From Glaucostegus cemiculus (Eukaryota): a DNA stretch of 64,000 nucleotides. The DNA lies in assembly GCA_976551045.1 (NCBI GenBank), contig CDPCPM010000353.1, positions 4,774,001-4,838,000 of the forward strand, given 5' to 3'. Below, piece after piece: positions 38,889 through 51,902 of this stretch; position 1 is the first letter of the stretch; every line of letters starts with the position of its first letter. The notes under the pieces are model-generated. The model did no database searches, was not told where the DNA came from, and worked only from the letters and a program-made list of their open reading frames with translations. A program made the translations under genes and the position numbers.

Positions 38889-39394
38889 GGGGCAGGGGTT
38901 GAGTGGGAGTTGATGAGAATGTAGGGAGAATAAAATGGGCTAGTGTAGGATGTGTCAAGAGGCGTTTTTGATAGTTGGTGCAGACCTTGGTGGGTGAAGG
39001 ACCTGCTTCCATGCTGCACCTTTGCACAATTCTGTGAAATGTTGAAGATGGCCATTGTCTGCTGCTTACATGGCATAGATGTACTTACCACTTACCAGGC
39101 CACGCCCAGCTGTTATTCGGGTATCGGTGCATACTTTGGTATGGACCATTTGCGCAAATGGAAATAAATACTGTGTTATCGTCAGCTGAGAACACTAACT
39201 GCAGATTGATATCCATTGATGAAGCAGATGCAAACCTTTGGAGACACAAGAGACTGCAGATGCTGGAGTCTGGAGCAACAAACAATCTGCTGGGGAACAA
39301 TCTGCTGAAAGATAAAAACCTCTATTGGTACAACTATAAAGGAGAGTTAGGTTCACAAAAGAATTTGCATCCATATAGCTTTTTTAATGACGTG

Positions 39395-41471
39395 ATGTTC
39401 AGGGGGTATTTGGGGGGAGCTCTTCACAGACATGTTCCATTGAGACAGGGAAGTCGTGAGAGGATGCGGGAACTGTGGTGCACGGCGGCTATCATAAAGC
39501 TAGTTAAGGAGAAAAGAAAAGCGCACAAAAGGTACAGGGAGCTGGGTAATGTTAGTGATCTGGAAGATTACAGGGCTAATAGGAAGGAACTTAAGAAAGA
39601 GATTAGGAGAGCCAGAAGGGGACATGAGAAGGCCTTGGCGGGTAGGATTAAGGAAAACTCCAAGGCGCTCTACAGGTATGTGAAGAGTAAGAGGATGAGA
39701 TGTGAAAGGATAGGGCCTATCAAGAGTGGAAGCGGGAAAGTGAGTATGGATTCGGAAGAAATAGTGGAGGTGTTAAATGAATACCTTACTTCGATACCAC
39801 TACGGAGAAGGAGCTAGGGGATTGTAGTGGGGGCTTGCAGCGGCCAGAAAGGATTGAGCGGGTGGATATTAGAAAGGAGGAGGTGCTGAAACTTTTGGAG
39901 AGTAGTAAGTTAGATAAGTCGCCGGGGCCGGACGAGATGTATCCCAGATTGCTGTGGGAGGCGAGGGAGGAGATTGTGGAGCCTCTGACAATGATCTTTG
40001 CGTTGTCGATGGAGACGGGAGAGGTTCCGGTAGATTGGAGGGTTGCGGATGTTGTGCCGTTATTCAAGAAGGGGAATAGGGATAGCCCGGGGAATTATAG
40101 GCCGGTGAGTATTACCTCGGTGGTGGGTAAGCTGCTGGAGAGGATCCTGAGAGGCAGGATTTATGAACACTTGGAGAAGTATGGCATGATTAGAAATAGT
40201 CAGCATGGTTTTGTCAAGGGCAGGTCCTGTCTGACGAGTCTTATAGAATTCTTTGAAGAAGTGACCAAGAATGTCGATGAAGGGAGATCGGTAGATGTAG
40301 TGTATATGGATTTTAGCAAGGCTTTTGATAAGGTGCCCCATTGCGAGGCTTATGGAGAAGATGAGGAGACACAGGATCCAGGGGGACATTGCGATGTGGA
40401 TTCAGAATTGGCTGGCCCACAGAAGGCAAAGAGTGGTTGTGGAAGGGTTGTATTCTGAGTGGAGGTCGGTGACCTCTGGTGTACCTCAGGGATCTGTGCT
40501 GGGACCCTTGCTGTTTGTCATCTTTATAAATGACCTGGATGAGGAAGTGGAGGGGTGGGTTAGTAAGTTTGCTGACAACACGAAGGTTGGGGGAGTTGTG
40601 GATAGTTTGGAGGGCTGTCAGAGGCTACAGAGGGACATAGATAGGATGCAGAGTTGGGCTGAGAAATGGCAGATGCAGTTCAACCCGGATAAACGTGAAG
40701 TGGTTCATTTTGGTAGGTCGAATAGGTTGGCGGAATATAGAATTAATGGTAAGACTCTTGGCAGTGTGGAGGATCAGAGGGATCTTGGGGTCCGAGTCCA
40801 TAGGACGCTCAAGGCGACTGCGCAGGTTGACTCTGTGGTTAGGAAGGCGTATGATGTATTGTCCTTCATTGGTCGAGGGATTGAATTTAGGAGTAGGGAG
40901 GTAATGCTTCAGTTGTATAGGTCCCTGGTCAGACCCCACCTGGAGTATTGTGTTCAGTTCTGGTCACCTCACTACAGGAAGGATGTGGAAGCTATAGAGA
41001 GGGTACAGAGGAGGTTTACGAGGATGCTGCCTGGAATGGGGAGCATGCTTTATGAGAGCAGGCTGCGGGAACTCGGCCTTTTCTCCTTGGAAAGAAGGAG
41101 GATGAGGGGGGACCTGACTGAGGTGTATAAGATGATGAGAGGTATGGATAGGGTAGATAGTCGGAGGCTTTTCCCCAGGGCTGAAATGGTGGCCACAAGA
41201 GGACATAGGTTTAAGGTGCTGGGGGGAAGATATAGGGGAGATGTTAGGGGTAAGTTTTTTACTCAGAGAGTGGTGAGTGTGTGGAATGGGCTGCTGGAGA
41301 TGGTGGTGGAGGCGGATACGTTAGGGCCTTTCAAGAGGCTGTTGGATAGGTACATGGAGGTAAATAAGATAGAAGGTTATGGGTAAGCCTAATAGTGTTG
41401 GGACATGTTCAGCACAGCTTTGTGGGCCGAAGGGCCTGAATTGTGCTGTAGGTATCTATGTTCTATGTTCT
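39395..41471 (+). mobile_element. 5'-truncated CR1 LINE, ORF2 reverse transcriptase with two frameshifts
   Basis: ORFs 39158-39817, 39835-40458, 40325-41386 give KSPGPD, NYRPVSITS, QHGFVKGRSCLT, DFSKAFDKVPH, GVPQGSVLGP, KFADNTK, LVRPHLEYCVQFWSP; 3' UTR GGGCCGAAGGGCC and (TTCTATG)n tail; possible TSD ATGACG(T/C)G. Confidence 0.95.
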
Positions 41472-41508
41472 ATGACGCGCTCAAGGTTTTACAGGTTTTG
41501 AATTACTT

Positions 41509-42082
41509 ATCAGAATCAGAATCAAAATCAGAATCAGTTTTATTGTCACTACTATATACACACTCAGTATGTATAGGAGCGAGATACCGTACTCCACAGA
41601 TCAAGGTGCTTGTCACATTAACAAAAAACAATGAGGGACACAAAGACAGAAAGACATTAGCAACATTGGAACCACAAATTAAATTAAATTAAATTAAGTA
41701 GCGACTCGAATAAAGTGAGTATACTGAGGCAGCAGGCAACGGACATTTACACTGCTGGTGCATTTCTGTACACCTAGCATCCTTTGGTGTTGGTGGGAGT
41801 GATGGAGGGATGAGGGAGTTGACAGTTCTGATAGCTTGTGGGAAGAAGCTATTGCACAGTCTGGTAGTCCTTGCCCGGATGCACTGGAGCCTTCTTCCGG
41901 ATGGCAAGAGTGTAAAGAGGCGGTAGGAGGGGTGAGAAGGGTCCGACATTATGTTTGTGACCTTTCTGACACATCGGTCCTTATATATATCTGCAATAGA
42001 GGGTAGAGAGACACCTATGATCTTCTCTGCCGCTCTCACTATTCTCTGAAGGGACTTCCATCCAGCAGCTGAGCAGCTCCCA
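41509..42082 (-). mobile_element. Rex1/Babar 3' fragment, inverted relative to the 45951-47171 copy
   Basis: ORF 41689-42339 C-terminal half ([13 protein letters not shown]...NSFFPQAIR) matches the 46.6-46.9 kb copy; (CAGAAT)n tail on + strand. Confidence 0.92.
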
Positions 42083-42476
42083 GTGTAGTCACTTGACATA
42101 TTATATTTACTTGTTTTAATCAGGTGGGGCAACCATTTCAACACCATAATGGGATAGAGAAGAAAATACCACTTAACCCACCTTAGCTCAACTATCCAAA
42201 AATAATCCATAATTTCTCCCTCTACAATACAGCATCCAACTCCATGAAATATGAACAGCACAGGAGAAGGCCATTCATGCCTCTTTGACAATGCTATCCA
42301 TCTAGCCCCTCTCTGCTGCCCTTTTCTCATTGCCTGCAAAGTTTTCCTTTACTTTATCCAATTGCTTCTTGAACAAGTGCTCACTTCTAGCTTCCAATTC
42401 ACATCTCTTCATGCAAAAAAGAGATTCCTGAAAGTTGCCTTTAATCAGTCTGAATTATAGTTCCTTGTTCCGCTGC

Positions 42477-42740
42477 TGGAACGGTAGTGTAGCGGTTAGC
42501 GTAACGCTATTACAGAGCCAGCGACCTGGGTTCAATTCCAGAGTTTGTACGTTCTCCTCGTGACTGCGTGGGTTTCCTCCCACATTCCAAAGACGTAGGG
42601 GTTAGGAATTTGAGGGCGAGCTATGCTGGCGCCTGAAGCGTGGTGACACTTGTGGGCTGCCCCCAGAACACGCGACACAAAAGATGCATTTCACTGTGTG
42701 TTTCAATGTACACATAACTAATAAAGATATGTTATTATCT
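42477..42740 (+). mobile_element. V-SINE, same subfamily as 14684-14977
   Basis: A/B boxes, shortened V-domain, same tail. Confidence 0.85.
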
Positions 42741-43759
42741 TCATACAAACAATGTGAAGCTGCCTACATGGGTTACCTTGTATATGTGGACTAGGTTATG
42801 CTGCTTTTTTAGAATGGAGTACTCATGGAGCTGTCCAATGCCATTTTAATTTTTTTTTGGATTAATCAATAGTTGTGGCATACAATACTCACGTCTCATT
42901 TGACAATCAATGCAAGGATAATCAAATAACATGATAAGGACCTTATAGCTTCTGTAAGATCTATATTCTAATGATGTTTCATGAGAGGGTACCCACGTCC
43001 CTATGTAATCTTCACCAAAATCTCCTCTGATTTCCTTCATCATTTCCCTATGGTAACATCACGAAGACTTGCTAATATATTACTCTCGTCACGAAATTTA
43101 TATTTAACTATTACACTGGGAGTTTATACAAAGACCTAGCAGCAGGGAACCTTTGATCTTCTGTCCAATCAGTTCCAAGCAACAAAAGATATCAGTGTGT
43201 TGACTTCATGTCAAATTGCCACAGGAACTTGAGACTTTGGACGACTGCCTAAATGAAGCTGCTGAGCTGTAGTAAGCCCTGGTAAAAATGAAAACTTGGC
43301 AATGTAATCCAGCGGTAAAGGACCATGTTAACACTAAATAACATATTTCTTGATGTTCAGTTCATTTTATTCTCCTTGACCACCTCAATTAATTTAACAA
43401 TTTGAAATTTTTATGTCCTTGTCCCCTTTGAAGACAGTACTGAGGCATGGTGCAATGGTTGCTTCTTAGTTAAGATGATATCCTCCATTATCTTTGCTCT
43501 GGTCCAGATTTTGGAAGCTGTCCTCTTTAATTATCAATCTGGATGACTGAGTCATCAATCAAAAGCAATAAAAACAAAAATGCTCCTCTTTAAATACTGC
43601 ACGAAAACAGTTAACTCCAGCTGAGTGAAACCAATTGAACTGCGTCAAATCAACACACAATGTGCCTGTGTCCATTATGTTCTCTAATCCCTCCAGTGTC
43701 TACCAGTCACGGAAACCTTTGAGGGTACAAGCAGGCACTGAGCATTCCCTCTCCCGGCG

Positions 43760-44545
43760 TGCCTAATGGTCCACGATGTAGTTCAAACAGACGGGGAGCT
43801 AAGGTTTGTCCTCCACGTAGGCTTTCAAAGTTATTTGGCAGGATTTCTAAAAAAGAACCAAGGGAACCTCAAGGGAGTGTCCTTCTCACCATCTCGCTTG
43901 TGTTATGGTGAGAAGGGCCCTCCCTTGAGTTTCTTCATGCAGAGCCGGAGTATCAGTGCTACTTCACACTCCTTTCGAGACAGCTGCATTAGGGATGAGA
44001 CTGACATTCGTGACCTTTTGGATCGAACATTAGCCAAGGAGGTATGTGAATAGAAGGTCTTTGTCGAGATTCGACCCAAGCAGCTGTGTAACGCAGGACT
44101 CTGTGCTCAACAGGCTGTTCCCAGGGACATACAGTCTGACAAATATCAACTGCAGCTGGAATATAATCGGCACATTGAAAGTCTGCCCAAAATACACTGG
44201 TCTCCTAGTGCAAGGAGCTATCCATGATCGAATATAGTAGTCAGGCACATTCCAAAGTGCAGGGCTATGTTGAGGAACACACTGAAGCTTGGTGTAGCTG
44301 CCACAAAACTGCTATGGGATAGGTCACAGCTTAAGGCTCACTAGCCACTGCACATTGACGGACTGGAACCAAATTATAAACCCCTGGGACTATAGCCTGT
44401 GAAATGTCTGTTCTACCTACATCATAATACAACATAATTCAAATTTGCTTAGAAGATTTATATGTCTTGTACTGTGAATGATGACATGCAATTCTTTTTA
44501 TATATTTGCAAATCTTATGAACAAAGTATATTTTTAGGAAAGATA
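43760..44545 (+). mobile_element. Tx1/L1-type LINE 3' end
   Basis: MVRRALP...DETDIRDLL...SLSRFDPSSCVTQDSVLNRLFPGT...NINCSWNII...LRNTLKLGVAATKLLW; tail ACAAAGTATATTTTT. Confidence 0.75.
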
Positions 44546-45950
44546 TTGTCCTCTGATCCTCCACAGCACAATGCCTGGATACTCTCCATCTGAGAAACCA
44601 TTCTGCTCTTGAATTTAAAACATGCACAACACTTCCATGACCTATTCAGTTACAATTGCACACTAAGTTATGTAGAGGAGAGATCTTCTGTAAGCTATAC
44701 TCAAATTCCTCTCCAGGATATCTCAACAACCTTCATTGCCCCAAACTGATGAGATAGGCTGGAAATACAACTTCCATTTGTAGATCAATTTGTCAGCACT
44801 CAATACACTTTCTCACAAGCAGGGTGAATTGTGTGAAATTAATGCCTTGCTAGCTGGGTTTCCCTTCATGCTACTAACTTAGTGTAAGATGATATTAAAT
44901 CACACTGAAACCAACATGTCAAAGATCCCAATACATGAAAGAATCTACTGCCATTAAAATCATAAGCCAGCCATTGGCATTATTGAGCAACACTGCCAGT
45001 GACCATTCCCTAGTGTGATAAGTACACTCCCTAGTAATTAATCAGTAAGTAAGTATCCCTAATAAGTAATTTCCTAGTACGCTCCAGTGGCATCTCGTAG
45101 GTTATTTCCTAGTACGATAAGACAAATTCTTGGCCTCACAATCCACCTCATTATGACCTTGCACCTTATTGTCTATCTGCACTGCACTTTCTCTGTAACT
45201 GTAGCACTTTATTCTTCATTCTGTTATTGTTTTACCTTTTATTACCTTGATGCACTATGTAAAGAATTGATCTGTATGAATGGTATGCAAGACAAGTTTT
45301 TCCACTGTACCTCAGTACGTATGACAGTAATAAACCAATACCATTTCCAGTTCCAGCACCGACATTAATCAGTGCTCCTGGCCTTTCCTTCAGATAAAAC
45401 CACCACCCTCCCCTGCCTGTATCTCCTACATACTATATTCATCAAGGTGAGTGGGAAGGGTATGAAGATAACATGCTGGATGCTGCCTCCCTTGTAATGA
45501 AGGGGGTATCCATGCACTTTGACTGCCACTGGAAGTTTTTATTAATTACCTGGGTGAAGAGACATGCTCCAATTTGCAGGACACAAAGCAAAGTCGAAGA
45601 ATGTTGAGTTAAATGCCAATATACTTTGGCAATTACTGAAGAGATGCCACAAGACAAAGAAAAAAACAAGAGCAAGGCAAATTTTAGCTCAGAATCCTGC
45701 TTACACCAGGTTACCTTAAAGTAATATACACACAAATTCTCCACCCTCTTGAATTAGTTTCAAGTATAGCTAGCATGAGTGGTTTGTTGTGTTGTCACGT
45801 TGCCTGGGTGTCAAGTAACTTCAAGTATTTTGGTAATGACACAGACACACTCCAACATTACATGTATGAAATACATTATTTAGGACTTTCAAGATTATTG
45901 CCGGTAAATGAATAACCAGTAATTCATTTCATGACTGCTTCTAGTTTTGT

Positions 45951-47171
45951 TTCAGCTCCGCATTCAACACCATCATCCCACAACAATTGATCGGGAAGTT
46001 GAGTACACTGGGCTTTAACACACTTCTCTGCAACTGGATACTGGACTTTCTCACTTGCAGGCCACAGTCAGTTAAAATAGGAGGAAATTCCTCGAGCACC
46101 ATCACACTGAGCACTGGCTCCCCTCAGGGCTGTGTGCTCAGCTTGCTCCTCTTCACCTTGCTGACCCACGACTGTGTGGCCAGATCCAACTCCAACCACA
46201 TTGTTAACTTCGCTGATGACACGACAGTGGTGGGTCTCGTCACGAACAACAATGAAGCAAACTACAGAGAGGAGCTGAAGCAACTGGCCACGTGGTGCAG
46301 CAACAACAACCTCTCCCTGAATGTGGAAAAGACCAAGGAGATGGTAGTGGACTTCAGGAAAGGTCACCGTGTGCACGCCCCACTGACCATCAATGGGTCT
46401 GCAGTGGAACAAGTCAGCAGCACCAAGTTCCTGGGGGTGCACATCGCTGATGACCTGACCTGGTCCATCAACACCGTGGCCCTCACCAAGAAAGCCCAGA
46501 AACGCCTCTACTTCCTGCGGAGATCGAGGAAGGTGAACTCTCACCCTTCCATCATGAAAGCGTTCTATAGAGGAACCATTGAGAGTATCCTGACACACTG
46601 CTTCACCATCTGGTATGGGAGCTGCTCAGCTGCTGGACCGAAGTCCCGGCAGAGGATAGTGAGAGCTGCAGAGAAGATTATAGGTGTCTCTCTACCCTCT
46701 ATTGCAGACATATATATGGACCAATATGTCAGAAAGGTCACAAACATAATGTCTGACCCTTCTCACCCCTCCTACCACCTCTTTGCACACTTTCCATCTG
46801 GAAGAAGGCTCCAGTGCACCCATGCAAGGACTACCAGACTGTGCAATAGCTTTTTCCCACAAGCAATAAGAACCATAAACTCCCTCATCCAGCCATCCCT
46901 CCCGCCAACACCAAAGGACGCTAGGCGTACAGAAATGCACCAGCACTTTAAATCTGCATCAGTACGTTCATTATAAAAATGTTTTACTTGAGTCTCTTCT
47001 TAATTTTTGTGGTTCCAATGTCGTTAATGTCTTTCTGTCTTTGCATCTCTCATTGTTTTTAATGTGACCAGCACCTTGATCTGTGGAGTATGGTATTTCG
47101 CTCCCATGCATGCTGAATGTGTATATGGAAGTGACAATAAAGCTGATTCTGATTTTGATTCTGATTCTGAT
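45951..47171 (+). mobile_element. 5'-truncated Rex1/Babar-type non-LTR retrotransposon (RT)
   Basis: FSSAFNTI then ORF 45987-46976: [49 protein letters not shown]; AATAAA and (ATTCTG)n tail. Confidence 0.92.
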
Positions 47172-47549
47172 AAGTAATTCATTACCTGTAAAATTATTTA
47201 CAGCGTGGTAACCAGCCCTTTCGACCCAACGAGTTTCCCGCCACCCACTTTAAACCCCCAAATTAACCTACCTGTACGTCTTTTAGAATGTTAATGTTAA
47301 TGAAATGTTAATGTTGACTTTGTTTCTCTTTCCACAGATTCTACCTGGCATGTTGAATATATCCAATATTTTCTTTCCTGTTTCAGGTTTCTAGCAATTT
47401 GCTTCAGGAACTTTGCTTCCAAATCATAGTAACTCACTGTGAAAGAAACTAATTTTCTTTTGCCCTCTGTGGTTCCACTGGTGATTATTTCCATGTTCTG
47501 TATCTGGTTACTGAGCCTATTGACACAGGAAAGAGTTTTCAAACTGCTT

Positions 47550-48440
47550 CATAATTTTGAACCAGATAAATATGTGAAATACATTCATAGATTCTCCAGG
47601 GGAGTAGAGCCTAAGGTATAGAAAGGGAGAATGTAAGCACTTATATGTTGAATGAAAGGTTCAGAGTTGACTATTTTTATGTATCATATGATTCTGGCTA
47701 ATTTGCATGGACCGCCAAGGAGGGCAGGGGTGGCTTTTGTACGAGCACACTTAGTAGAGAAAGATACCTGAAAAACAACTTAATAGTGTGACAGGAATGA
47801 TGATATGGATTGTGATATTTCTAGCAGAGGGAATCTCCAAACTACACTTCTTTTATGTCCATAAATCTACCAGTCTCACTCTTCAATATATGAAGAGACT
47901 GGGAATCAATAACTGTGTAGTGTAGCAGACATATGACAAATTAGACAAAATCATAATGCAAGCATTGCTTCTGGATGTCTCCAACATAGGGATTGAAGGA
48001 AGAATAGCAGAAAGTGCAAAACAAAAATTAAGAATATGGTACCTGAATTTGAGAGGTTATAACTATCAGGAAAGACTGCACGGACAGGAATTCTTTGCTC
48101 TGGAAAACAGATGACCAAGGAATAAATGAACGGAGATGTAAAAAATTTTGAGTAAGTCAGGTCTGGAAAAGATGCTTCTGTTTGTGAAGGAAAGTAAAAC
48201 CAAGAACTGTAAACGTGAGACAGCCACTAACAAATCCAATAAAGATTGCACGTTAAATTTATTTTCATAGAAAGTAGTTAGAATTACAAGTTCAATAGTA
48301 CAATAAGTGGTTGAGGTAAATAACACTTAAGTCATAGCTGGGTTAGTCCACAAGGAAGAAACAATTGGAAGGGTATGTCTGTGGAGCATAAACATAGGAT
48401 TGATTAATCAAGCCAAATGGCCTGTCACCTGTTCTGTTCT
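47550..48440 (+). mobile_element. Old decayed CR1-like fragments
   Basis: GGTACCTGAATTTGAGAGGTTATAACTATCAGGAAAGACT and CCAAATGGCCTGT 3' motifs resemble CR1 ORF2 end and 3' UTR. Confidence 0.5.
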
Positions 48441-50141
48441 GTACCTGTTGTATGATATTAAGATTCTGTAGAAATGTAAGGCTCCACACATAATAAAGAT
48501 TATAAACTTGATACAGAAAGTTGGCTGGAAATAGCTATGAAAAAAGGTAAAAAGAAATGTACTTCTTATCTCTTCATATTCCCTTCTCAGCTGAAGAAGG
48601 TTCCCTCACCAATAATGGCATGTTCCACATTGAGCACTGTTGCAATCCAGATGGCTGTCACATGACACAATTCTGACTGTTGTATAGCCTAAAACAGCGA
48701 TGATAATTAACAACTGGTATCACACATGACTCACATGTTACAGTATTTTTCTACATTGTGACAGTTTCGGCATTTCATTAGCTGTGAGGCACTTTGGACA
48801 TCTGTATGGGTGTTATTTAAATATGAGTCTTTTTCTTACACTTCATTATGAGCAGTACATTGAAGGATGTGTTTTTCAATTGGTTCTAATCGTTACAAGC
48901 ATGTATATTGCTCAAACAATCTTCTTGTATGCTTTTTGACTGGACTATTAACCTGTTTATCCAGAGGCTTTTACAATGAGACTGTCAAGGTTTGTATAGA
49001 TGGTAAATGCTGCCTTATATTTTATGACGATTGAATTAAGCAATTAGACCAGATCTACTGAAGCAAGTGAGATGAGGAGACACTATAACAAACATGTCTC
49101 TTTGTAAATAAAGCCTAATCTTTGCTCGGCTGACACTTAAATCCCTAAACGTTTTCTCTTGGATATTCTCAAGAGGTACAGGGGAATTTACAGAATAGAA
49201 ACAGATCTTTCAGCCCAACTAGTCTAGGCCAGTGCAACAAACAGTCTGCTGGAGGAACTCAGTGGGTCGAGCAGCGTCTGTGAGGGGGAAGGAAATGTCG
49301 ACGTTTCAGGTCGAAACCTTACATCTGCAATCTTTTGTGTCTCTGTGCCCTAGGCTCGTGTTTCTATCCCAAATTCTCCCGTATCTTCTCACCACATCCC
49401 ATGATTTCCTATTTCTTTGTTTTGGGTTCTAAGAATGTGTGGGAATTCAGCACCAGGGAAAAAAAAATATTTTGAAAGAAACTACATCCTTGCCGCCCCT
49501 GGAAGCAGAATTAGAAAGTTTCAGCTGGTGTTTTATATTTAACCTTTCTTAATGATTCACCATGCTCCATTCATTCAAGTAAGCTACAGCAGCTGTCATG
49601 AGTCTCAGTTACACCCACGCACACACATACACAACAGGGCAGGGCTATTGGAACAACAACCCTTTCATTCTGTTAAAGACAGCTTCGTGGTGATTTTAAT
49701 GGGCTGCTGCTAGTATTAATCACAGCTACACCAGAGCTCACTCTGGTGCTGAGGCACCTGTTATTTCAAAGCAGCCTAATATTTGACTACAAGGGAATGG
49801 CGGCAAGCAATGAATATCATTACTAACCTGGCTCCTATGCATTCTTCCTTAGATGCAGAAAACCAGTTTTACTCACTTACATTGCACAACTTACAAAAAA
49901 AACATAGAATGGTTACAACATGTAAGCAGGTAATTTGACCCACTATCTCCACACTGACTCAAAAACAGGCTTGACAGAGTTCACACAGACTCCACTATTC
50001 TCTACTAGTTAGGGCAGACTCAGAAATTTAAATCTGACTGCTTTTAGAGAGCTGTGCTAGATAAATATCATGCACGAATATATGCATGCACAGTCTAAAT
50101 GTGCTTGGAAGCTCAAGAGACTGCAGATGCTGGAACCTGGA

Positions 50142-50404
50142 GGAACGACAGCGTAGCGGTTAGCGCGACGCTGTTACAGCACCAGCGATTGGGGTTCGAT
50201 TCTCGTCTCTGACTGTAGGGAGTTTGTATGTTCTCCCCGTGTCTGCGTGGGTTTCCTCTGGGTGCTCCGGTTTCCTCCCACATTCTAAAAAAAAGCCGTA
50301 CGGGTAGGTTACCTCTGGGGTTTAAAAAAATGGGCAGCGTGGTCTCGTTGGGCCGGAAGGGCCTGTTACCACGTTGTAAATAATGTCTTTTAAATTAAAA
50401 AAAG
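50142..50404 (+). mobile_element. Young V-SINE with CR1-type tail, inserted into a Penelope terminal repeat
   Basis: CpG-rich head CAGCGTAGCGGTTAGCGCG, B box GGTTCGATTC, V-domain, tail GGGCCGGAAGGGCCTGTTACC. Tail-only copies at 12893-12999 (+), 34108-34187 (-), 47195-47285 (-). Confidence 0.85.
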
Positions 50405-51902
50405 ACCCAATCTGCTGGAGGAACTCAGTGGGTTGAGCAGCTTCAGTGTGGGGGGGGGCAGTGGTGGAGGGGAAGGATATATCAATGTTTCGGGTCGAAA
50501 CCCTGCATCGGGACCTGCTATGCTTTAAGGATTGGAGTTAGGGAATAATTTTACACGCAGGTGGTTGCAGAGTTTGGAAGTGTCTTCTTCAAAAGGGAGA
50601 ATGCTGCTGGTGGCTACATCAATCTTAACCTTTTTGAATAGCTGAATAGGCTCAAGAGGCCAAATAGGTACGAACTTCTCCTTGTGTTGCTCCGTGCCAA
50701 ATGATGTGTAGATATTCAATGAGGTAAAACATTTCAGAGATGATTGATTAAGTTAAAACATTTTTGGAGTAATGAAAACAGAAACTGCTGGAAATACTCA
50801 GCAGGTCAGGTCATTCCGAGGCAAGGGAAAGAGAAATAAAATTTCAGGTCACTGACCTTGGATCAGAACCTCTAAATATTTCTCGCCTCTATTATTTTAA
50901 CATCTGCTGTGTTTTGCATCAGACTGACTATATAATTACGACATTCTCGACGAATACAGGAAATGCATTTTTTGTATAAGGAGAGATAAATAAAAGCTGA
51001 CTGGCTGTTCCAATGTATATTGTCACTGGCAGGTAATGCTGCTGCCTCGCAGCTTCAGGGACTTGGGTTTGTTCCTGACCTCCTGTGCTCCCTGTGTGGA
51101 CAATCCCCGTGACTGCTTGGGTTTCTCCTGGATGCCCCAGGTTCCTCCCACATCTAAACCCCTCCTGGTCGGCAGGTTAACTGGCTGCGGTAAATTACCC
51201 CTGTGAATGTTGGTGGCAGGAGAACCTTGGTGATGGGCACGTGAGAGAGAAAAGGTTATAGGGAAATAATGGGGGAGTGGGATTGATGGGATTGTTCGGA
51301 GAGGTAGCAGGGACCTGAAGGGCCAGATTTCCTCCTTCTACATTGTAAGGAAAATATGAAATTATTACAATGATACTAGTTTGGTTGCTGAGGTCATTCA
51401 TTTTCATACAATGTGCAGGCACATCATGAACCAATTAAACAAAAAGGTTTACACACAGTATATTTCAATGGATTTAAATACAGTATTATTTTAACAATGA
51501 ATTAAAGACAATATTCTTGCTCAAGTCATTATGTCAAGAGTTTTTAATATTACAGCTTCAACAATAAAAGAACAACATTGCCAGGAAGGGTGAGGATTAA
51601 ACTAGACTGACATTTTGGGCTGACCTCCCAATTGCCAGAAACCTTGAATGAATGAACAGATTTATTTAAGTACGTAATTTTGATCAAGACTGAGGTACAA
51701 AGAAAACCTTCTGCTATTTGCCTGTGAAACTTGGGCAACACATTCACTCTACATATGGGACTGAATCCTAAACTTCCTTGGAAGAATAATGAAGATCAAA
51801 TAACCAAACAAGATTCTGGACATCAAAGCTCAACAAAAGCTGGCATGCGTGTTCTTACTGTAACATAGAAAGAGGCCATCAGTTCTATGCCACTCCCAGT
51901 TG

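Noticed and set aside
38647-39091. ORFs spanning the N-run
   Set aside because: Artefacts of the gap.
39146-39161. Perfect 16-bp palindrome CCATTTGCGCAAATGG containing a C/EBP consensus
   Set aside because: About one such palindrome is expected by chance in 64 kb (64000/4^8); no other support.
45005-45120. Recurring CCTAGT/TAAGTA short motifs
   Set aside because: Irregular low-complexity micro-duplications at the 5' junction of a Rex fragment; no periodicity.
50142-50215. tRNA-like sequence with A and B boxes
   Set aside because: SINE head followed by V-domain and LINE tail; no complete cloverleaf. Same for the other SINE heads.
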